In this document: positions 40,550 through 51,850 of the stretch, piece by piece
How positions within the stretch are numbered: position 1 is the first letter of the stretch
How the letters are laid out: the number at the start of each line of letters is the position of its first letter
Source: Trueperaceae bacterium
Lineage (GTDB): Bacteria > Deinococcota > Deinococci > Deinococcales > Trueperaceae
Direction: 5' to 3'
Length of the DNA: 64,000 bases
Assembly (NCBI GenBank): GCA_965215565.1
Contig: CBDCDZ010000004.1
Span: 1,504,001 to 1,568,000, forward strand
The notes under the pieces: generated by a model
What the model was told of the DNA's origin: nothing
The model's input: only the letters and a program-made list of their open reading frames with translations
Database searches by the model: none
Position numbers and translations under genes: made by a program

Positions 40550-43500
40550 TCAAGCCGGATAAGAAGGTCACGCCTAAGCGTCAGAGTGAGCGGCGGAGCG
40601 TTGAGTTGCCGCTGCTAGAGCAGCTCAGGGGCTTGGGCTGGGAGGTGCTGGACCTGGAGATGAAGCAGGAGCCCGCCGACTCGTACCGGGAGAGCTTCAC
40701 GCAGGTCATCCTGGAGCCTCGGCTGCGCGAGGCGCTGCTGCGTATCAATCCTTGGTTGGAGAGCAGTCAGATTACGGAGTTGGTGCGGCGCATCACGCCC
40801 ACGACGGGGAGCCTCTTCGAGAACAACCAGCATATTTTAGACCTGCTCTTAGACGGCACGCCGCTGGACAAGAACCACCAGACGGGCGACCAGAGCCCGA
40901 CGGCTCGCTACGTGGACTTCGACCACATCGAGAACAACGACTTCTTAGCGGTCTGTCAGTTCAAGGTGCGTATCCTCGGCACGGAGAAGCACATCATCCC
41001 GGATGTGGTGTGCTTTTTGAACGGGTTGCCTATCGCCGTCATCGAGTGCAAGTCGCCCAAAGCGCAAGACCCGATTCCCGAAGCGATTGACCAGATGCTG
41101 CGCTACAGCGAACAGCGCGATGAGGGGAGCGAGGGCAACAAGACGCTCTTCTACTACAACCAGTTTTTAGTCGCCACTTGCCGTAACGAGGCGAAGTTTG
41201 GCACGATCAGCAGCCGCAGCGCCAAGCACTACTTCCGCTGGGCTGACCCCTACCCGCGCGAGCTTGACGACATCCGCGAGGGGCAGGCGAGCCCGAACGA
41301 CCAGTTGCGTCTCGTGGCGGGGATGTTTGACCGCCGTAACCTCTTGGACCTCATCCGCGTCTTCACCCTCTTCGTGGAGGATGATAAGGGTAAGCGCATC
41401 AAGGTCGTGGGGCGTTACCAGCAGTTTAGAGCGGTCAAGAAGGCGGCGCGGCGGCTTTTAGATGGCAATAACAAACTACAGCGCGGCGGCATCATCTGGC
41501 ATACGCAGGGCTCCGGCAAGTCGCTCACGATGGTCTTTTTGGTGCGGGAGATGTACCTGCAAGACACGCTCAAGAGTTGGAAGGTCGTCTTCGTCACGGA
41601 CCGGACGCAGCTTCAGGACCAGCTCACGAGTACGACCAAAGCCATCGGCAAGACGGTGCAGGTGGCGGACAGCATCAACAAGCTCAAGGCGCTGTTGCCC
41701 ACCGACTCCTCGGACCTCGTGATGGCGATGATCCATAAGTTTCAGGAGCGGGAGTTGAAGACGAGCGTCTTTGAAGAGATGAACCCAAGTACGAACATCC
41801 TCGTGCTGACGGACGAGGCGCACCGCTCGCAGTACAGCTTGCTGGCGGGGAATCTGAACCGAGCACTGCCCAACGCCACGGAGATCGGCTTTACGGGCAC
41901 GCCCATCGACAAAACCGAGCAGAAGTACGGCGACTACATCGATAAGTACACCATGCGGCAGTCTATCGAGGACGGGGTGACGCTCGAGATCGTCTACGAA
42001 GGACGCACCAACAACGCCGAAGTGGACGATCAAGGCAAAGCGAACGAGTTGTTTGAGGATGTGTTCAGCGAGTACGACTTGGGCGAGCGGCTGCAAGTGT
42101 TGGGCTACGGTGGCAAAGACGCTTTCTTGGAGGCGCAAGAGGTCATCAACGCGAAAGCGCTCGACATGGTCAGGCACTACGCCGAGCATGTGTTTCCCAA
42201 CGGCTTTAAGGCGCAGGTGGTGGCGACCTCTCGCGAAGCCGCGCACCGCTACGGGCTAGCGCTCAAAGACGCCCTCTCAAGAGTCCACGCCGAACTGGAG
42301 CAGAATAACCCGCTCAACGTCGATCTGAAGAGGTTACAGCAACTTGAGGTCGCGGTGGTCATTTCTGGCGGCAGTCATAACGACAAGCCTTATCTCAAGA
42401 AGCACGCCGACGCTACGAGCACAGGAAGGACATCGCCGGCTTCAAGCTCGCCTTCGGCAGCGAAAACGAGGACGGTGTAGAGGGTAACGTCGGTTTTCTC
42501 GTCGTGAACAACATGCTACTAACTGGGTTCGACGCGCCCATCGAGCAGGTCATGTATCTGGACAAGGTCAGCGTGGCGCACAACTTGCTACAAGCTATCG
42601 CCCGCGTGAACCGCGTCGGACCGGATGGGAAGGACAAGGGCTTTGTGGTGGATTATGTGGGCGTCGGTCATCACCTGAAACGAGCCCTAGATGACTATCA
42701 TGAGCGCGAGCAGAAGGAGATTCTCGAGTCGCTGAGCGACCCAGCGCAGGAGTTAGAAGACCTCAGACAGGCGCGTGATGCGGTCTGGGCACTCCTGGAG
42801 CGGTCGGGCGTCCACGACCTGCACGACTACGACGCCTTCTATGACCTCTTCTACGACGAGGAGACGCGCTTCGAGTACATCTTGGCGTTCCGTAAGTTCA
42901 CTAAGGCGTTCAACCTCGTGCTCCCCCGCAAGGAGGCGCTCGACTACCTGGAGGAGTATCTGCAATTCGCCGAGATCAACGTCAAGGCGATGCAGCACCT
43001 GCGCGACAGCCGCCTCAGCATGAAAGGTATCCCCGAGAAGCTGCGCAAGATTACTGACGCCCACCTCAAATCTCAGGACATCGAGCAGAAGGTCGCGCCC
43101 ATTTCAATTATGGATGACGATTTCTTACAGCATGTCGGTAAGAAAAAGCGCACCAAAACCAAAGCCGCCGAGATCGAGCACGGCATCCGGCACCATATCG
43201 ACACGCACCTTGACGAGGACCCTGAACTCTACGCCTCGTTTGCCGAAGCGCTCCAGGAGATCATCAAGACTTTTAAGGACAACTGGCAGAAGATTTACGA
43301 GGAATTGGAAAAGCTCCGGCAACGCATGAAGAACGCGGCGAAAGAGCCAACCTATGGTCTGCACCGCAAGAAGCAGATGCCCCTCTTTCGCATTTTGCAT
43401 AAGGAGATTTACGATGACCAGCCACTAGACAGCGACAACATCTCGTCGCTCGTACCCCTCACGCAGGAGATCACACTCATCTTGGAACGTGAATTGCAGC

Positions 43501-43679
43501 TCTCAGGCTTCTGGGACAACGTGATCGCCCGCAACAGGCTTAAGGGCGAACTTCAGAAAACCCTTCTCTCACCTGAAAACGCTAAACTACCTAATGTGGT
43601 CAAGAAGCGTAACGAGGTCATCACGCGGGTCATGGAGGTGGCGGAGCGCAACCACGACGCCATCCTCTACGCGGCGTAG
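40546..43679 (+). pseudogene. hsdR: Type I RM restriction subunit with a frameshift near 42410
   Basis: PD...NGLPIAVIECK, WHTQGSGKS, DEAH, FTGTP; the second frame has MLLTGFDAP and QAIARVNR. Confidence 0.9.
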
Positions 43680-43685
43680 GTCGCT

Positions 43686-44366
43686 ATGAAACTTAACTAC
43701 AGCGTCGTCTACTCTGACCGCCGGAAGACGGTGGGCATCACCGTCGAGCGTGACCGTTCAGTCGTGGTGCGAGCCCCCCGCCGCGCCACGGCGGACCAGA
43801 TCGAGCGCGTGGTGCAGCAGAAGAAGCTGTGGATTTATGAAAAGCTACGCCATCCGCAGAAGTATAACCTCGCCGAAGCGAAGCCTAAAGAGTTCGTTTC
43901 TGGCGAGTCTATCCTCTACTTGGGGCGCAACTACCGCCTGGAGATCGTCGATGACGACTTTGCAGGCGTGCGCTTCGAGAACGGCTTTTGCCTATCGCGA
44001 CAGTCTCAGCCGGACGCGCAAGTGTTCTTGGAGGCGTGGTTCAAGGAGCGGGCGGCGGAGAAGATCACGCCTCTAGTGCGAGAGGTCGCAGAGAATTTAG
44101 GGGTAGCCTATAACCGCATCATGATCTCTGACTTGCAGTACCGCTGGGGCTCGTGTACGCCTAATGACAACCTCAACTTCAACTGGCGGCTGATCCGAGC
44201 CCCGATGTTTGTTATTAGGTACGTCGTCGCGCACGAGCTGACGCATCTTTTAGAGCCAAACCACACACCTCGGTTCTGGAACATCGTTCATGTACAGGTG
44301 CCGCGCTACGCTAGGGCTAAAGCGTGGCTGAAAGCGCATGGACTGACATTATACAAAGGGGTCTAG
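43686..44366 (+). CDS. YgjP/M48-like metallo-hydrolase typical of type I RM loci
   Basis: WGSC, YVVAHELTHL..NH...FW. Confidence 0.9.
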   Translation: MKLNYSVVYSDRRKTVGITVERDRSVVVRAPRRATADQIERVVQQKKLWIYEKLRHPQKYNLAEAKPKEFVSGESILYLGRNYRLEIVDDDFAGVRFENGFCLSRQSQPDAQVFLEAWFKERAAEKITPLVREVAENLGVAYNRIMISDLQYRWGSCTPNDNLNFNWRLIRAPMFVIRYVVAHELTHLLEPNHTPRFWNIVHVQVPRYARAKAWLKAHGLTLYKGV

Positions 44367-44420
44367 CATGTGCTCCTTCACCGCAAGGATGCTTGGATCG
44401 TCCTGATGGTTTAACTCAGC

Positions 44421-45023
44421 TCATAGCGGTCTAACAACATCATTCTCTTTCATTGTGACTATATGGTCGATGTTTTTGAAGTTTTGGGCGTTCGAAAAAT
44501 CTGCTGTGGGGTCTCGTTTTGCGAGCCGATATAGCATCAGTCTGAGAAAAAGAGCTCGCCAGTCTTTATTCTGCTGCTTGCCTATTTTCTTAGTCTTGGC
44601 AACCGATTGAGGAAACGCTCGCCAGAGTACGCCCCAGGTAAATTCGCAATCAAAGTAGGCTTTTCTGTAACGATAGTGAGTTGTTCGGCTAACTTTCCAA
44701 CGGCTACACACCCTGTCAATAGAGCGAGAATTGTAGTGCTGATCAAACAGAATCAAGGCCATAAGCGGCTTATTGAGCTTGAGAGGACGACCTCGCCCGT
44801 CGAGTTCAAAGATTTTAGATATAGTGCTTGGATTCCCTCGTTTGTAGTTAGTTGACTGATTTTTTGACGCAAGGCTGCCACAGGGGTGATGGCATTGGCG
44901 GAGCCAGTTCGGAAAATTGATTCTAGTTGGGTGACGACCACCGCGCTGATACGCTGTTGCGGCAGATCGGTGTGGACGGAAGGTCCTACAGCCATGAGGT
45001 TTGTGGAAACTCTCCGTATGCAC
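44421..45023 (-). CDS. Possible Hin/resolvase-type HTH protein divergent from tnsA (true start probably well downstream of 45023)
   Basis: GRGRPLKL...SIDRVCSRWKVSRTTHYRYRK resembles the GRPxKL...SxxxIAxxxGVSRxTxYRY pattern. Confidence 0.45.
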   Translation of the reverse strand: MHTESFHKPHGCRTFRPHRSAATAYQRGGRHPTRINFPNWLRQCHHPCGSLASKNQSTNYKRGNPSTISKIFELDGRGRPLKLNKPLMALILFDQHYNSRSIDRVCSRWKVSRTTHYRYRKAYFDCEFTWGVLWRAFPQSVAKTKKIGKQQNKDWRALFLRLMLYRLAKRDPTADFSNAQNFKNIDHIVTMKENDVVRPL

Positions 45024-45575
45024 TCTTATGTTCGGAATGTTGTTGAGGAACCTTGTCAGATAACGTACAAAGATGGCGCTGGAAAGACTCGCCGTTACAC
45101 TCCCGATTTCCTCGTCGTATACGAATTGCCGGAGGAATATAGCTACTCCTCCACTGTCCTCTATGAGATTAAGTGGTCTGGCGACTTACGTGAGAACTAC
45201 GAAAAATACGAGGAACGCTTTGCGGCGGCATATAAGTATGCCGCTGAGCGTGGCTGGCGCTTTCGTGTAATTACCGAGAAGCGCATAGACCGTTATCATC
45301 GCTCCGCCACGCTTTTACATCGCTTCCTGCGCCGCAAACTCGAATACGAACACGTGAGATACGTTCTCGATACTGTCACGTTAGAGCCGGGCATCACAGC
45401 TCACGATTTTCTAGATGCGGAGTTGAGCCCCGTCGATCCCTTTAACTTGCTTACGACTATCTGGACGTTACTCGCGCGTGAGCAGATCAGCGCGGAGTTA
45501 GAGGGCGGCATAACAAATCGGACACCCTTATTCCCGGCTCGCGCCGGAAATCCTTGGGCTAGACCTGTCCTATGA
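44886..45575 (+). CDS. tnsA: TnsA-like endonuclease
   Basis: EEPCQITY...RRYTPDFLV...YEIK...AAERGWRFRVITE (PD-(D/E)xK TnsA pattern). Confidence 0.88.
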   Translation: MMALAEPVRKIDSSWVTTTALIRCCGRSVWTEGPTAMRFVETLRMHSYVRNVVEEPCQITYKDGAGKTRRYTPDFLVVYELPEEYSYSSTVLYEIKWSGDLRENYEKYEERFAAAYKYAAERGWRFRVITEKRIDRYHRSATLLHRFLRRKLEYEHVRYVLDTVTLEPGITAHDFLDAELSPVDPFNLLTTIWTLLAREQISAELEGGITNRTPLFPARAGNPWARPVL

Positions 45576-48083
45576 GCCGTTTAAGACTGTTGGCGCGCAC
45601 CAAAGTGTCTTACGCAGGCTATGACTGGGAGATCGTAACAGTAGATAACAGACAGAAGCTTACATCTCTAAAGCGCGAAAATGGAATCACTTGCCTCGCG
45701 CCGACTTCGGAACTCGGTTCACCTGGTCGACATAAAATACCTGTTCCAAGCGAATACGAAGCGCTGCCTGAAAACATAAAGAATCTTTACGGTGATCTAG
45801 TAGCCTTAGACCGAACCGCAAAGGACAAGGAGCGCTTAGCCAAAAAAAACAGCTGTAGTAGGTCCACCGTCTACCGCCAACTCGAGAAGGCAAGAAGAGG
45901 TCCTGAAGAACTCAAGCGGAAACGGCGTGCGGACTTCGGAAACTCCAGCTTCGAGACGAGAGTCAAAGATATTATTGAGGCCGAAGTCAAAAGGGCACCT
46001 GCGTTTAGGAGCAACAGGGAAATCGCCAAACGTGCATTGAACGAGATGCACAAGCCGGACAAGGACGACAAGTACATAGAGAAAATTCCGAGCAAGTCGA
46101 CAGTACTTCGGTATGTGAGTCGGGAGCGCGGCAAGGTGCCTTACGATCCTTCCAAAGACGCACCCCATGTCAAACCGATACACCCCTTTGATGAACTCGA
46201 GATGGATTCGACTCAGGCAGATACCTATGTCGTATATGACGACTATAAGGAGGGTCGCCCCTGGCTTACATCAGTCGTTGAGGTTCTAACCGGTCTGCGG
46301 TGGATACTTGTCACGCGCGAAGAACCTAGCTCGCGTATAACAGGGTTGCTTATCATCATGGTCGTATTCGGTTTGGACCTCCCGCACGTTAAAAACAAAC
46401 CTCCGAACGGTTTATTTGAAAAGCTGTTGGTAGTGGCTCACCTCAGACTGCCAACCTTAACCTCCAGGTTGTAGCTAACGAGGAACATATGCAGGCAGAT
46501 CAGGCAGATAAGGTGCATGTGCTGGGCTTTAGAGAAGGACAAGGTCTTTCTGACAAAGCGGGCGAGGCGCTGACGAATTGTGTTGTTGAAACGTTCAACG
46601 TGAGCCGTAAGTCCAGTTTCTTTGCCGACAGCCTGATGTTGCTCGTCGGGGATAACAGCTTGATAAGCTTCCCAAAAGTCACTGAAGACGAGACCTTTTT
46701 TGTAGGCGTTAGGTACGTTGCCCCAAAGCTTCTTGCACGTAGCGCTACCGCGTCCTCCTATGACGCAAGCAACGACTTGCCTGGTCTGTTTGCAAAGAGC
46801 CAGCCATATCCAGAGCTTTTTAGCTTTGCAGCTTACAAACGACCACATTTCGTCGAGTTCAAGCTCTACAGCTCCAGGTACTTTAGGAGCTATGAGTGTA
46901 TCGCTAAGGGGAGGCGTTATCTTGGCTTTTTTTGAGCCAGGCGTCCAGTGTGTTACGTGATATCCCAAACGTTCTAGCGACACCGCGCATACTAGAGCGC
47001 TCTTGATAAGCTTTAAGAATCTCTTCCTTTCTCTCTTTACTGTAGCCGTAATTTGGGTTCTCTAAACTCGCTCGGTTGCATTCCTTACAGTGGTAGCGCT
47101 GTTTGCCATTAGGGGCTTTGCCGTTCTTCTTTACGTTCTCGCTGCCGCAGTGATAACACTGTACTGTCTGAGTAACCATCCCTTAGCTTAGCAGTTCGTG
47201 TTGAGCCACTACCAAGCTGTTCACAGATAGCGGCAAAGCGCTGAAAAACCTGAGTACAGAATCGCTGAATGAGAAGCATGATCTAACACTAAAATACCGT
47301 CCAAAGGGAAAATCCTGGTATGGCGGCACGGTAGAGACACTGTTCAATAACGACAGCGAATTCGTGAAAGAGTTTATGGGAGCTGTGGTCGATAGCGACG
47401 GCAGCGGTCGCAAGCGGAAATCAGGCAAAGCTGAGTACACCTTTGAGGAGTATAAGCGCTTGGTAGAGGGATACACTTACGATCATCTCAATATGACTCC
47501 TCGGACCGGCGAGGAGTTGTCTCCACTCGACAAGTTTTATGTGCTCCTTGTAGACCCTCCCGGCGGGGCAGGCTTAGGTAGCCTCGACCAGGTTCCGAAA
47601 GAGGAACACCAGCAGTTCAAACTCGACTGTATGCCGTTCATCACGAGAACAGTATCAAAGGATGGCGTTCGAGATGATTACACTATCTATAAGAGCGGTG
47701 CGCAAAGACGACTTATCGGCAAAAAGGTGGTTGCACGCTATGACCCGTCGGGCTATACCGATGTTATGCATGTCTGGGACGAGGAGAGCGCAGCCTATAT
47801 CGAATTTAGACCGAACTACGAAAGTCTTCCCAAGATGACACGGAAGGATCGCAAACGGGTTGTCAAAACTTTGAATAAGCTAGGTGTTGAACCTAGCATG
47901 GAAAGCATTGCTGAGAAGTATCGTGAGCTTGTAGAACAGGAGGCAGTCGAAGCCACGCAGCGAGCACCCGCCGAACTCACTTCTACTGAGGACGACACTC
48001 CCCACCCCCGCCATATTCGGGCATACGAGCTAGAAGACGACCTCGGCGACGAGATGCCCTACATTAGCCACAGGGACGGCTGA
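45572..48083 (+). pseudogene. tnsB: TnsB DDE transposase interrupted by IS1 (572 aa after IS removal)
   Basis: HTH SRSTVYRQL, PSKSTVLRY, EMDSTQAD, rejoined KLFTDSG, GGTVETLF, Mu-like C-terminal RYDP; both halves are in frame across the 8-bp TSD. Confidence 0.9.
46429..47213 (-). mobile_element. IS1-family element (785 bp) with insA (46904-47179) and insB (46438-~46930)
   Basis: IRs GGTAGTGGCTCA / TGAGCCACTACC; 8-bp TSD AAGCTGTT (46421-46428 and 47214-47221); zinc ribbon plus HTH; ELDEMWSFV...SDFW...ERFNNTIRQRLARFVRKTLSFSK; A7 slippery site. Confidence 0.95.
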
Positions 48084-48084
48084 G

Positions 48085-49053
48085 ATGCGTAGGTCTGCTC
48101 TCGCAACTCACTACCTGGATGCACCTCTCGAGAAACGTATCGAACTTGTGGAGAACCATCCCTTCGTCGGCTGGCCTGCTGCTCACGACTTCTTTAAGCG
48201 AATAGATAGGATGCTTCTTGCTCGCCGGAAACGGTACCAAAAGCACCCAAATATGCACCTATACGGAAGAGCACACCACGGTAAAACAGAATGCTTGCGT
48301 GAGCTCCAGAAGCGTTATCCAAGAGGCGAGTTTAAGGGCGGATACGAACAGAGACCCGTCGTGTACCTACAGGCGGAGAGTGGAGACCGACCCGAAGACC
48401 TGTACAAGCGTTTGCTGGAGGAACTGAACCTGATGCTAGCCGCAACGACCAAAGATGAGGTTAGGAAACAGCTTATGGTACTCGTTCCCGCAATGGGCGT
48501 GAGGGTGCTGGCGGTCGATGAAATGCAAGATTTGGATGCAGGCGAAGGAAGCCGGTTCAAGCCAGTGATCAATCACCTCAAGGCGAGGAGCAACGACCTC
48601 GGGTTAGTTGTTGTTACAGCAGGGGTCGAGGGCTCGAGCGACGTCGTGCGGAATTCGGATCAACTGAAGAGTAGGTTCAAAGAGTTTAAACTACCTACCT
48701 GGCAGGTAAGAAAATTGTCGGACGAGACCAAGAAAAAGATGCCCGAAAAAGAGCTAGAGGAGATCAAAGGAGAGATTAGGGGGTATAGGCTATGGCTTAG
48801 AGGTATGGAATCGCATATGCCCTTGCCAGAGGCATCGAAGCTCGAAGATTTGTGGGAAAGCATTATCTTCCTAGCCGAATTCATGAGTCAGAACAGTAGT
48901 AAGACCCCTAAAGAATTTAAAGAGAAGCCGAAGCGCGGAGCACCGATAGGCTACGTCCGCGACCTCATTGTGGGTGCGTGTGTTCTGGCAATGGAGCAGG
49001 ACTGCTCAAAAATCATTCCAGATCACCTAGAAACCGTGGCGAGCAAATGGTAA
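48085..49053 (+). CDS. tnsC: TnsC/TniB-family AAA+ ATPase
   Basis: Walker A GRAHHGKT, Walker B VLAVDEMQ, QLKSRF. Confidence 0.88.
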   Translation: MRRSALATHYLDAPLEKRIELVENHPFVGWPAAHDFFKRIDRMLLARRKRYQKHPNMHLYGRAHHGKTECLRELQKRYPRGEFKGGYEQRPVVYLQAESGDRPEDLYKRLLEELNLMLAATTKDEVRKQLMVLVPAMGVRVLAVDEMQDLDAGEGSRFKPVINHLKARSNDLGLVVVTAGVEGSSDVVRNSDQLKSRFKEFKLPTWQVRKLSDETKKKMPEKELEEIKGEIRGYRLWLRGMESHMPLPEASKLEDLWESIIFLAEFMSQNSSKTPKEFKEKPKRGAPIGYVRDLIVGACVLAMEQDCSKIIPDHLETVASKW

Positions 49054-50744
49054 CTTTCGATCTCCGTAAGGATGGCTGGATACCTGTGCTAGACGGCGAC
49101 ACTTGGCGGCTCGTCGGTATACGCGAAGCTTTCGCAAAAGGCGACGAACTACAGCTTGCCTGTGCAGACCCATTGGAAGAGGTCGTTATCGTCAGGCTGC
49201 TCGGGGAAGTCGTGAGAGGAGCCGCTGGGGGATGCGTAACCGAAGCCTCGCCCAGCTACGAAAGGATAAGCCGCTACCTCACACGCTATCCGCTCTACTT
49301 CATTCACCCTACGCATCCCTTCTACCAGATATGGGACCTTACGTGCAATACAAGCTGGATAACGCTCCATCCTTCCAAGAACAGTATGGACACGCGGGTC
49401 GTCCACGACCATAGTCGCGTCGACAGGCCCCCTCCCCTCACGGAAGACGAGGCGGTGAGACTCCACCTGCAGGCTCAATCGTTCGCGCCGACCGCCTTAC
49501 GCAGGGGAGGCTATGGCTACACAGTCAATGGGCCGCTCCTTAATCTCGTTGTGACACACGTTCTAGGTCCTAACCTTACAAGCACGATATTTGCAAATTC
49601 ACCGCGGTGAGAACGCGAGGTTAAACCCATATGGCGAACGAAGATAAACACGATTGCGTCTGTTCTCGCCGCCCGCGACAACAAAGTTGTGTTGAGCCCA
49701 TACACGCCTCTCACACGGATGCTTCGTTTCGAGCAAGATGGCTACACGTTCAAAATCGGGCACGCGCACGGGCTTCGCCCTAACCGCTTAAATGACCCGA
49801 TGCTCTCATTCACTGAGCGGGGCAAACCTCTACCTTGGAAGGCGTGCCACGATAGCCTCGCTTACCTGCAAAGAGTCCACCGCATTGGTGGCGTAACTCC
49901 ACTCGTAACATCGCGGGCGAGGCAAGCCGTTGAGAACCCCAACGACTATCGTGTTGCCGTCACCTACATGGTCGCCGATAAAGCTAAGCCTGTGACAGTG
50001 AAGAGGTTTACCCTTCCTCTGGTAGTCCCAACAGGCGAGTTCGCGAACAGAGTTTGTGATTCTTTAGAGGTAGCGCTCAAGGATTTGAAGAGGCGTTTGC
50101 GGTACTTAGGTATACGTGAAGAACAAATCGAAGACGCAAGCCGGACTCTAAGGACGCGCCTAGCCGACACATTACCCCAGCATTTAAGATCAGGAAGCGA
50201 GGCGTTGTGGAAGGAGGAAGTGAGGACAACTATGACCGAGGTTGAGCAGCATATCAATGTTCTAGCATGGCCCAAACCTCAACCAGCAAAGCGACGAGAG
50301 CCAAGTTCACGCGATGAAAGCTTCATTCGATGGTTGACTGTATTGTCCCAACCCGAACGCAGGGCGTTTAAGACTTTACCCGAGTCGCCGCGCTACCCGA
50401 CTTACCGATTTAGGCGTTTTCTGTACGAGAGAGATGGCCCTGAAGTCTTGCGCGCCTTTTCACTCGTCGCGCACTTGTACGCGAACAATGGCGGCTCCGG
50501 CGACATGCCACTCGCCGAGCGACTCGCGACGGACGCCTTAGATATTCCGCTCGCGCATCTCTCAGCAGCCGACACCTGGGAGGTTCTCTCCAGCATCTTA
50601 CGTAGCACTATAGGCGACCTCAAAGAACCGCCCGACTGGGTATATCTCCTCTACGACCTGAGGCGCTGGAATGGCCCAACAGGTCAAGTCGTAAAAGCAT
50701 GGAAATCAGATTATAAGCGTACGTTTCAGAGGAGGCACGCATGA
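49047..50744 (+). pseudogene. cas8e: Type I-E Cas8e(Cse1)-Cas11(Cse2) fusion with an in-frame TGA at 49608-49610
   Basis: FDLRKDGWIPV...RLL, HPTHPFYQ, GPNLTSTI..N, PIW, YTPLTRMLR, NDPM (Cse1). C-terminal FIRWL...LVAHLYA...DWVYLLYDLRRW...V..AWKSDY (Cse2). The two ORF-track pieces share one frame. Confidence 0.82.
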
Positions 50745-51850
50745 GAGTCGAGATTCATACTCTGAGGATGTTGGGGCCAAGCTCTGTCAATAATGGGAAA
50801 GACAGACTGCCCAAACACTGCACCTACGGTGGGGTTCGGCGCACTCGCGTAAGTGCGGAGGCGCAGAGGCACGTGATCAGACAAGCGTTCAGAAAGTCGC
50901 TGGAGAGTTCCGCACCGTCCACGCGGATGCTTCTCGGCGAGCTTAGAGGCGCGCTTAAAGCTCGCAAGGAGTTACAACCGCCTAACGGGGTGCGGATCGA
51001 CCTTCTGGCCAGGAAGACGCTCGCGTTTCTCAAGCTAGAGGCCGACGAACACGGAGTGAGCAGGGTCCAGGTGAGATATGCTGAGGGAGCGTTCGCCCGG
51101 CTCGCCGAGGTCGTAGCGACCCACCGAGAGACCATCTTAACCAAGGAGAAAGTCACAAAGAGGCTGGAATGGGAGCTAGCAAACGCCCTTTTCGGTCCGA
51201 CGAATACCGAACTTCACGTGTTTGGCCGTTACCTCGCCGCCTTCCCGGATGTCGAAATCTTCTTATGTCTCGATGTCGCTAGCGCAGTATGCGTCAGCGC
51301 TTCGCCTCTGGAGGAAAACTTCTTCTCCTCAATCGATGACATTGCGAGTAAAGACCCTAACTCGCCCTACGGCATTGCTCACACCAACACCAACTACTTC
51401 AGCTCGCCAAATTTCTACGGATTCACTTCTATCGACTTGGCGCAACTCTGCGCGAACCACGGCAAGGAGGGTGTCGAACAGATCGTTAAGACACTCATCG
51501 ACCTTGTCGTCTATCAGTTTCCCAAAGCTAAGCATACGTCGTCAGCACCGTACGCGGTTCCTTACCTCGTGACGCTTGCAGCGGGTGAGGGGGCATGTTC
51601 GCATTCGGCATTGCAGGCGTTCGACGAGCCAGTAAGGTCCAGTGGGGGTATTAGAAAGCGGGCAGTGAAACGCTTCCATGAGCACTGGGAACGAAGCCAC
51701 AGCACATTCGCGCCCGCTCGCTATGCGACGCTCGCCACTGCGAGCTTAATCGACATACCCGAAAACAGTGTTCTTAACCCAATGTCTTATAACAACGCGA
51801 AAGAGGAGGTGATGGCGTGGACAACCCAATCGCTTACACGCTGCTCCTAG
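50741..51850 (+). CDS. cas7: Type I-E Cas7 (Cse4/CasC)
   Basis: IHTL....PSSVNNGKDRLPKHCTYGGVRRTRVSAEAQR, FGR, FFSSIDD. Confidence 0.9.
   Translation: MRVEIHTLRMLGPSSVNNGKDRLPKHCTYGGVRRTRVSAEAQRHVIRQAFRKSLESSAPSTRMLLGELRGALKARKELQPPNGVRIDLLARKTLAFLKLEADEHGVSRVQVRYAEGAFARLAEVVATHRETILTKEKVTKRLEWELANALFGPTNTELHVFGRYLAAFPDVEIFLCLDVASAVCVSASPLEENFFSSIDDIASKDPNSPYGIAHTNTNYFSSPNFYGFTSIDLAQLCANHGKEGVEQIVKTLIDLVVYQFPKAKHTSSAPYAVPYLVTLAAGEGACSHSALQAFDEPVRSSGGIRKRAVKRFHEHWERSHSTFAPARYATLATASLIDIPENSVLNPMSYNNAKEEVMAWTTQSLTRCS

Noticed and set aside
48978..50744. Two separate genes (210 aa and 351 aa) as given by the ORF track
   Set aside because: They share one frame and Cse1 motifs continue across the single TGA; better read as one interrupted gene starting at ATG 49047.
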